A stretch of 63,982 nucleotides of DNA, the filler included, from Octopus bimaculoides (lineage: Eukaryota), in the NCBI RefSeq assembly GCF_001194135.2. It is 6 parts of 5 records of this genome, joined end to end, with 100 filler letters (N's around TTAATTAATTAA, not from the genome) between each part and the next. Parts side by side here need not be neighbours in the genome. Positions count along the whole stretch, not along the records: positions 51,680 to 62,676 come from NC_068986.1; positions 62,777 to 63,982 come from NC_068989.1; 4 more parts are not named here. One strand, written 5' to 3'. Within the stretch, counting starts at the first letter, position 1. Every line of letters begins with the position of its first letter. This document shows positions 55,240-63,982 of the stretch, in pieces. The notes under the pieces were generated by a model. The model ran no database searches. It saw only the letters and a program-made list of their open reading frames with translations, and had not been told where the DNA came from. The position numbers and the translations under genes are program-made.

Positions 55240-57120
55240 GTCTTGGCGCGCGGACCTCTACAAGGCGGAAGCTCTCCGCCAACTTCAAGACACCTTCTAC
55301 TGCCCTCTGCCCTCCGACCCCACACCCAGCTACCAACAGACCGTGTTCTCCACTATCCATGACTTCATCTCCTCCTCCTGTCTCACCCACCGCCTCCAAC
55401 CTCACTGTCCGCACCCCTTGCACCCCCACAATTTACTTCCTCCCCAAATCCACAAGCCTAACAATCCTGGCCGCCCCATCGTCTCCACCTGCAACTGCCC
55501 CACCGAACTCATCTCCAGATATCTTGACCGTGTCTTTGCCCTCCAGTAGCTTCCCTCCCCTCTCACATCCATGACACCAACCATGTGCTTCGTTTGTTCA
55601 GCTCTTTCGCCTTCCCTCCGGCCTCTCTAAACTTCTCTTCACTCTCGACATCCAGAGACTTTACACAGTGATCTCTCATCACGAGGGGCTGCGTGCACTC
55701 CAACATTTCCTTGACCTTCGACCCAAACCCCAATCTGACACATCCACACTCGTTCGTCTGGCCGAACTTGTCCTCTCACTCAACTGCTTCTCGTTCGCTG
55801 ATGATTTTTACCAGCATCTCTCGAAAGTGGCTATGGGAACGAGAATGGGTCCCAACTATGCGAACCTGTTTGTTGGCTATGTTGAGGACCAAATATTCTC
55901 AAGTTTCACTGGTCCCACTCCCGAGCTATAGGGCCGTTATATTGACGACTGTATCGGTGAGACCTCACTCTCCCGCGAACATCTAGACTCCTTCCTCTCT
56001 TTTGTCAAATCCTGCCCTCCACTTCTCCTGTACTGTCTCTGACACTTCTGCCTCCTTTCGTGACATTTCGGTCAGCATTCATCACTCCACTCTCACCACC
56101 TCCATCCACTACAAACACACTGACTCACACTCATACCTCAACTTCTCCTTCTCCCACCTAAACACACCAAGCTCTCCATCTCCTATTCCCAATTCCTCCG
56201 TCTACGCAGGCTCTGCAGTGACAACCATGACTTTGAGACTCAGTCTCAACTCATGGCTCACCACTTCATCCAACGTGGATATCCTCTCACCACTATCCAC
56301 ACCGCCATTGCAAGAGCACGTGCCGTGAACCGTGCATCTACTCTCTCCCCCGCACTCGCCCCGCCGTCTCACGTCNNNNNNNNNNNNNNNNNNNNNNNNN
56401 NNNNNNNNNNNNNNNNNNNNNNNNNNNNNNNNNNNNNNNNNNNNNNNNNNNNNNNNNNNNNNNNNNNNNNNNNNNNNNNNNNNNNNNNNNNNNNNNNNNN
56501 NNNNNNNNNNNNNNNNNNNNNNNNNNNNNNNNNNNNNNNNNNNNNNNNNNNNNNNNNNNNNNNNNNNNNNNNNNNNNNNNNNNNNNNNNNNNNNNNNNNN
56601 NNNNNNNNNNNNNNNNNNNNNNNNNNNNNNNNNNNNNNNNNNNNNNNNNNNNNNNNNNNNNNNNNNNNNNNNNNNNNNNNNNNNNNNNNNNNNNNNNNNN
56701 NNNNNNNNNNNNNNNNNNNNNNNNNNNNNNNNNNNNNNNNNNNNNNNNNNNNNNNNNNNNNNNNNNNNNNNNNNNNNNNNNNNNNNNNNNNNNNNNNNNN
56801 NNNNNNNNNNNNNNNNNNNNNNNNNNNNNNNNNNNNNNNNNNNNNNNNNNNNNNNNNNNNNNNNNNNNNNNNNNNNNNNNNNNNNNNNNNNNNNNNNNNN
56901 NNNNNNNNNNNNNNNNNNNNNNNNNNNNNNNNNNNNNNNNNNNNNNNNNCTCGCACCATTTCCGTTCTATCGGTCACTCTTTGCAACACTTGTCTGTGTT
57001 CGGATTGTCCTTGCACAGGGGGGCTATCCGGACTCCCGTCTTCGCCGTGAACGGGAATTAATCTTCTCTCTTCACTCCTTTGCACTATATGGGCTCAACT
57101 CTCCTCTCCTCTCCATCTAA
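55240..57120 (+). mobile_element. Penelope-like element (RT + GIY-YIG C-terminus), frameshifted and gapped
   Basis: LPQIHKPNNPGRPIVS; TLDIQRLYT; VAMGTRMGPNYANLFVG; RYIDDCIG; C-terminal RLRRERELIFSLHSFALYGLN. Confidence 0.9.
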
Positions 57121-57739
57121 ACCTCCTCCCCAATTCATCTAACCCTCCTCCCCTCTCCTCTCTTCCTCTCACACCTACTTCCTCCCACTCACCTCTCCTC
57201 TCTTGCTCCGACTCTTACTTTTTCTCTTCACTCCTACCCTTCTCTCTCTTCTCTTCACTCCTACCCTTCTTCTCTCTTCTCTTCACTCCTACCCACCTTC
57301 CCCCTTCCCTATCCATCTCATCCCACCCCCACTCCGTCCATTACATCCACTCTCACATACCCCACCTCTACCCCCACCCTCAGCCTAACCTACACCCCGC
57401 CCTTGCTTTCCCCACTCTCGCCTCCCCACATCCCAATACCGCCACACCACACACCAACATACCACACAACACCAGATAACATTACACCACCATGCACACA
57501 CTAGCACTGACCACTTCCCAGCCCCATACCATCATCCACACACCTACACACGCACACGTCAAGGTCATCAGTCCTCTTCCATACGCACATACATGCTCTC
57601 TTATACACACGCACGCGCACCTTCATTTTGGGATCACCTACTACTTTATTATCTCTCCTTCCTAGCTCTCCTGTGTGATCCCTCTCTCCGGCATTCGCCA
57701 TGATAGATCGCTAGCCACTACACATTCTTTATTTTCTCT

Positions 57740-57853
57740 CCCTGTTTCTTTCTGTGTTACTCTCTGTGGAAGAGCGTAGGTTCGAAACGTTGAAGACTTT
57801 TTCATTAAACTAATACATTTGGTTGTTGTCTACACCACTTGTCTTCGTCTTTT

Positions 57854-57860
<7 letters not shown>
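57740..57860 (+). mobile_element. Penelope terminal-repeat-like tail
   Basis: ctctgtggaagagcgtaggttcgaaacgtt...aaactaatacatttgg...; homologous to 3485-3625. Confidence 0.55.
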
Positions 57861-57904
<44 letters not shown>

Positions 57905-57907
57905 TAT

Positions 57908-58073
57908 ACGACGGGCTTCTTTCAGTTTCCGTCTACCAAATCTACTCACAAGGCTTTGGTCAGCCCGAGGCTATAGTAGAAGACACTTGCCCAAGGTGCC
58001 ACGCAGTGTGACTGAACCCGGAGCCATGTGGTTGGTAAGCAAGCTACTTACCACACAGCCACTCCTGCGCCTA
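57908..58073 (-). mobile_element. SINE family A (CpG-retaining copy)
   Basis: rc: taggcgcaggagtggctgtgtggtaagtagcttgcttaccaaccacatggctccgggttcagtcac...gaaagaagcccgtcgt. Confidence 0.8.
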
Positions 58074-58076
58074 TAT

Positions 58077-58345
58077 AATATTCTCCTATACGCTGGATAT
58101 ACAGATTTTACGAAGCGGGGATAGATACAACTGTCATCGCACGATGTACTTCAATACGACTCTTCAATAAATACGACACTTCAATAAATACAAACTCTCA
58201 AAGGTCTCAATTACTTCCTACGGCTTCCATGAACTCTCAACGACCCCTGCGACCTTTTTACCTCTCAACCAATACGCTACTCTTTATAAGAGTTCGGCTA
58301 GTCCATTCTTCCAATTCCACAGGGGTGTCAATGACTCTCGCCACA
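58077..58345 (-). repeat. 3' LTR (~270 bp)
   Basis: Direct repeat of 62249-62514; begins TGTGGCGA on the minus strand. Confidence 0.85.
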
Positions 58346-61300
58346 TCTCACCCTTTGAGATTTATTTCCTAGGGAAGTTTAGTATTTCTTTCGTTTGGGT
58401 ACTACTTCCAACCGTTCTACTTGTTTCTTCTTTCTTGTGCTGTTACGCCTAGCTTCGACTTCTTGTGGCGTTGGAACATCAAAGGTGTCATAGAGCACTT
58501 CCATGGGTATCTCTTTTCTTTTTTCCGTATATTTATATTTTAGCTACTTTAAATGTCATTTGTGTTTCCAATTTTCGCCTCTTATCATACACGTCACCTT
58601 GCCTATTCGTCTTGTTACTACTCCGTCTTCCCAACTTTCTCTTCCATTTTTATATATTTTGAAAAACACCTTGTCACCGATATTAAAATACGTTGTCGTA
58701 TTTTTAGTGTTTTCCCTTGGTAATAACTTGTCAAAAATTGACTTTATTTTTCGTGCAAACATTAGTTCAGCAGGCGACTTGCCTGAAGTGTTTGGGTTTG
58801 GTGTTATCCTATAAACTCTCAAGAATCGTGTCAATGCTGCGTCATCGACTAGCTCGTTTCTTGATTTCTTTAATGCTCTTTTAAATGTATCCACGAACCA
58901 TTCCGCTTGCCCGTTTGATCTTGGGTGATATGGCGGAATAGAGATGTGTTCAACTGCGTACATTTTGCAGAAACTTTTAAACTCATATGCCGTAAACTGT
59001 GTACCATTATCGGATACTATGGTGTCCGGGACATCATATCTTGCAAAGAGTTCATGAAAAAATTCTATTGTCACCGTATTTCCGGCCATTTAATATAACT
59101 ATCTACCACAATCAAGTAATACGCGCCATTTATTGGTCCAGCAAAATCTATATGAAGCCTGGTTCATGGACTGTCAGTTTTAGGCCACGGCTGGAATTTT
59201 ATCAGTGGTGACTTGGCTGCAAGGGCACAACCTCTGCAGGATTTCACCGACTCTTCAATGTCATGGTCCATTGTAGGCCAATATACGTAACTTCTCATTA
59301 GTGGTTTCATTCTCGAAATCCCTGGGTGATCAATATAAAATTCCTTTAATAGATGCTTTTGTAGTGCGGCTGGTACTGCGACTCTTTGTACATACATCAA
59401 CACATTATTGCACAGTGAGAAATGGTTCGCATTTGTGTTGCGCATATTTTTATTTTATTTAGCCTTCAGTGTTTCTTTCATTTTTATAATGAATTTATCG
59501 TTCTCCGATTTTGATTTTATGCCTGGTAACGTAACTGGCAATCCACGAATGCCGTTACACAAAAGATTTTTAATTTAATTTTCCGCTCGCAAAGCGGCAA
59601 TCACAGTATCTTCAAATGGTTCCGCGTGTTTTGAAATCAGTCTTGATAGATAATCCGCGTGGCCTAATTTCTTGGATGGTATATACTCCATCTTAAAATC
59701 GTAGATTTATAATATCGTAGCCCAGCGTTGTAACCTATTAGCAGTACAGGTAGAAATTCCTTTTTTCGACCCAAATATCGATAATACCTACCGTGCAAAA
59801 ATCTGTGAAATTTTTTCACGGCAAAAGCAATCGATAGAGCTTCTTTTTCGATTTGGTTATAATATTTCTCTGCTAATATCAGAGAACGTGAGACATGAAC
59901 CACCACTGTCATGTCACCATCTTTATATTTATGTAGTATTACTGCTCTTATACCGTACTCAGAAGCGTCTGAAGCTACAACAATCTCCGCTGCAGGATCG
60001 AAGTGATCTAACTACAAATCAGATATTAATATTTTTTAATTTTGTCAAACACCTTTTGGCAATTTTCATATCTTTCTCCATTTCATATCTTTTTCCAGTA
60101 AATTATTCAGTGGCGCCCTAACCTTATGCATATTTAGGATGTAATTTTGGTAATAATTTGCCAGTCCTAAAATGCTTGTAAGATCGCTAAATTTGTCGGA
60201 GGAGGCATATTTTTAATTGCGTCTGCCCTCGACGGTCGTCATCCATTTCTCTCAATGATTTGTCCTAAATATCTTATTTCCGCCAAGAATAATTCACATT
60301 TTTCTTCACTCAAGGTAAAGCCGTAATCCTTAATTTTTTCAAATACATAATTTACGTGCTCGACGTGTTGATCCCTGAATTTCGAATTTACAGTCCGCTA
60401 ACATTGCATCCATAATCTGTTGAAAAACCGCTGGTGCGACTTTTAAACCAAATAGTTTACTGTTGTATTTATGCAATCCTTTATGTATGTTAACTTTAAG
60501 GTATTTCGAGCATTCATCGTCTACTCTAATTTGTAGGTACGCGTCAGAGAAAGCCAATTTAGAAAATATCTTTTCACTGTTTAATTTCGCAAAAATATCC
60601 TCTGGAGTAGGTAGCGCATAGTAGACCGTTTTAAGACATTCGTTTAAACCAGTGGAAAGATCAGCGCACACTCTGATTTTTCTATTCTTTTTCTTAACAT
60701 ACACAGTTGGTGCTGCCCATTTAGAATATTCTAAATAACTTCAATTTTTTTCTAGTCTCTTCAGTTCATTGACTTACTTTATTGCTGCAAAGGGTGCTAT
60801 TAGTTTAAATACTGGTTTCTTTATTTATACGTTTTCTTTCATTTGCAAACACGCCTTTGTCTTGTTACACAGACCTAATTTATCGGACAGAACTTCAGGA
60901 AAAATATTTTTTACTTTTTGTTTCAATTCATCTGACGACTTGTTTTTACTGGAGGAAAAAAAACCATTTATATTTTCACAGAACAGATTTATGGGGCGGT
61001 CCCATAAATCAAACAATTCAATCCAGTCAGCACCGAATAAATTTGTTGCATTATTTAACACAAAAACTTTTGCTTTCAAGGTTTCACTCCGAAATGTAAC
61101 CTCAGTTATTCCGCCCCAAAAATGTAATTTTTTTTCCTGAGACCCCTTTTGCAATTTTTTAAAGTTTCCATTAATGCAGGCTTTCCTATTTTTCAGCATT
61201 AATGATTGTAATGTCTCTGCCTGTATCTAGCAGTAACTTCACGTTCACATTATTAATTTTTATGTACACCATCTTTCTTTTTTGAGCATCGCCTAGACTT

Positions 61301-62248
61301 TCTGTTGAGAAAACCTTTCCAGAATTTTTTTCGTTCAACCTTTTTTAAAACTCTGCCAGGTGAGCTTTTACGTTCGATTTTTTGACAGTTGAAATATTTA
61401 AAATTTTTAAACGGACAGTTATTTTTAAAATGTAGACCTTCGCACCCATAGCATGGATTGGGTCTTGATCTTTGTTTTTTCTTATCCGTTACAGGTCGAC
61501 ACGCAAGAATGTGAGAGAAGTCCTTTTCTTCAATTTTATTTGCCTCATGTCGTAGATTAATAATTCTCTGACATTCCTCTGCCACTGCCTGCAGAGTCAA
61601 ATTCTGCTCCTGTTCTAATTTTGTCAATATCCGGGCACGTATCTCTGCATCTTCGCTTGCAGTTAACCCTTGAACAAAAATTAGACATTTGGACACGTCC
61701 GTGGTTAATTCTTTTAGTTTGAATTTTTCGCGTTCTCTGCTGACGACTCCGGTATAGGTGACGAAATCTTTATCATTTCCTTTTTAATAAATTCAGACAC
61801 TCCCAGCGAGTATTGAACAGGGAACTATTCAATTGTTTTTTTTTTTTCTTTTTTTTTTGCAGAATGTAGTTATGATATTTTTTGTGTTTCGCAGAGGATA
61901 ATTTTCTTAAAAGTATTAGTACCTTTCAAATTGTCTGTCCAATTTTTGCATTCCTCTTTGAAGATTTCTGTATATTTTCGGAAATATGCAGAAAAAGTAA
62001 TACTTTCTCTTCAAGGGTTAAATTCTGAAATTGCGTTTGCTACGCCGTCTGGTGAGAACGAATCTGAAGTATTTTTGGATTTCAACATTAATTCCAGCAA
62101 CTGTTGGTATTGTTGTTGTAATTGCTGCTGTAACTGTTGTTGCTGTTGCAACTGCACCACAGAGGCTATCTGAACTAATTTTTTTGATTTGTATCAAAAG
62201 AAAATGTTACCGTCCGACGTAAGCTTCGAATAAGTTAGTCGCCACTTT

Positions 62249-62514
62249 TATATCCTTCTATATGTTGGATATACAGATTTCACGAAGCGGAGATAGATAC
62301 AACTGTCTTCACACGACGTACTTCAAATTACTCCACTAAACACGATACCTCAGTAAATACCGACTCTCAACGATCTCAACGACTTTCTACGCCTTCCACG
62401 AACTCTCAACGATTCCTACTACCTTTTGTCGTTTCAACCTGTACGCCACTCTCTGTAAGAGTTCGGCTAGTTCATTCTTCCAATCCCACAGGGGTTCCAA
62501 TGACTTTCGCCACA
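62249..62514 (-). repeat. 5' LTR (~265 bp)
   Basis: Direct repeat of 58077-58345, with many substitutions and indels. Confidence 0.85.
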
Positions 62515-62776
62515 ATGACATATATATATATATCATCATCATCATCATCATCGTTTAACGTCCGCTTTCCATGCTAGCATGGGTTGGACGATTTGACTGA
62601 GGACTGGTGCAACCGGATGGCTACACCAGGCTCCAATCTAATTTGGCAGAGTTTCTACAGCTGGATGCCCTTCCTANNNNNNNNNNNNNNNNNNNNNNNN
62701 NNNNNNNNNNNNNNNNNNNNTTAATTAATTAANNNNNNNNNNNNNNNNNNNNNNNNNNNNNNNNNNNNNNNNNNNN

Positions 62777-62829
<53 letters not shown>

Positions 62830-63948
62830 TACACACACAAACACACACACACACACACACAAGGGCGCGCAGAAAAACCTAAGCAGCATGTGATGGAAAA
62901 CTCATTTGGCAATCAGTCATTTTGTAACCACAACCTGCAGACGTGAGCTTTTTTGCACTATGCTTATTAGAAGAGCGGTCTTCCTGCTTTTCGGTATTTG
63001 CGATTGTATAGAAGCTCCACTGTGGGCTGCTGTGTTGCATATTATGGTTTGATTTTTACTGTTACGGAAGGTATACTCATACACAGGTGCCTATCTATCT
63101 ATCTATCTATCTGTCTATCTATCTATCTATCTATCTANNNNNNNNNNNNNNNNNNNNNNNNNNNNNNNNNNNNNNNNNNNNNNNNNNNNNNNNNNNNNNN
63201 NNNNNNNNNNNNNNNNNNNNNNNNNNNNNNNNNNNNNTACGTTAAGGGTACACGTGTCTGTGGAGTGCTCAGCCACTTGCACGTAAACTTCACGATCAGG
63301 CTGTTCCGTTGATCGGATCAACTGGAGCCCTCGTCGACGTGACCAACGGAGTGCCACTTATACATACATATATATATATATAGTAGTATGCATGTATTCT
63401 ATTTACACTTCAGGTTGACAGCTTAAATGTTCTCTGGGGAGATGGTGGCAAAGGGTTAAGACATTGATTGAGCAGTTGTTGGTATTTCATCGTTTGTTTG
63501 TGATTTATTCTAAGCATATTCAGAAATTAGCCTTTTGTATATCAATATTTTTTATTCTCTTGATAGACTGCAAGTCATTGACATCAAATCCTGCTGCTGC
63601 TGCTGCTACTGCTGCTGTACATGTTATTGTTTAACCCGAAGTCAAACCAGACCGAACGGGTCTATGATTCAGGATGTTCCAGGTTTGATTATTTATATAT
63701 TTATTTTTCTAATTTTTTATTTGCTTCAGTAATTGGACTGCGGCCATGCTGGGACACCGCCTTAAAGAGCTTAGTCGAATAAATTGACCCAGATACTTAT
63801 TTTTTATTTAAAATCTGGTAATAATTTTATTGGTTAATTTTGCCGAACAGCTAAGTTATGGTGGGGACATAAACAAACCAGTACCCGGTGTTAGGCAGTG
63901 TGTGGACTAGCTCACACACAGACACACACACACACACACACACACGCA

Positions 63949-63982
<34 letters not shown>

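Larger units (their letters stand above)
58077..62514 (-). mobile_element. Ty3/Gypsy (Mag-like) LTR retrotransposon, decayed, with both LTRs
   Basis: Minus-strand order: Gag zinc knuckle (CYGCEGLHFKNNC), protease (LLLDTG), RT (CADLSTGLN...FGLKVAPAVFQ), RNase H (YNQIEKEALSI), integrase (HPGISRMK...CRGC; SDNGTQF...YHPRSNGQAE). PBS-like TGGCGAC at 62238-62244; PPT aaagggtgaga at 58346-58356. Confidence 0.92.

Overview
AT-rich animal genomic DNA from a gapped draft assembly, dense in microsatellites and retroelements. The repeat landscape suggests an octopus/coleoid cephalopod (inference). By chaining GT-AG splice sites and intron phases by hand I reconstruct one protein-coding gene on the minus strand (21986->87, 21 coding exons, ~1,420 aa; one exon is interrupted by an N-gap). 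It encodes a signal-peptide protein with two tandem Hedgehog-N (Hedge)-like domains, each carrying a 4-Cys insert, followed by a bacterial-type peptidase M15A/YcbK-like domain and a novel C-terminal region. It has no Hog/Hint domain, no transmembrane segment, and the canonical Zn ligands are substituted in every module, so it is neither Hedgehog nor Hedgling. Positions 22-64 kb show no supportable host gene. They hold decayed RTE, R4/Dong-like, L1/Tx1, Penelope, mariner and Ty3/Gypsy elements and SINEs. They also contain several hammerhead-ribozyme-like motifs, including a ~355-bp tandem, retrozyme-like repeat with a U3-A8 covariant core. CpG content appears to rise abruptly near 40 kb. All domain assignments come from motif recognition by eye; no database search was run.
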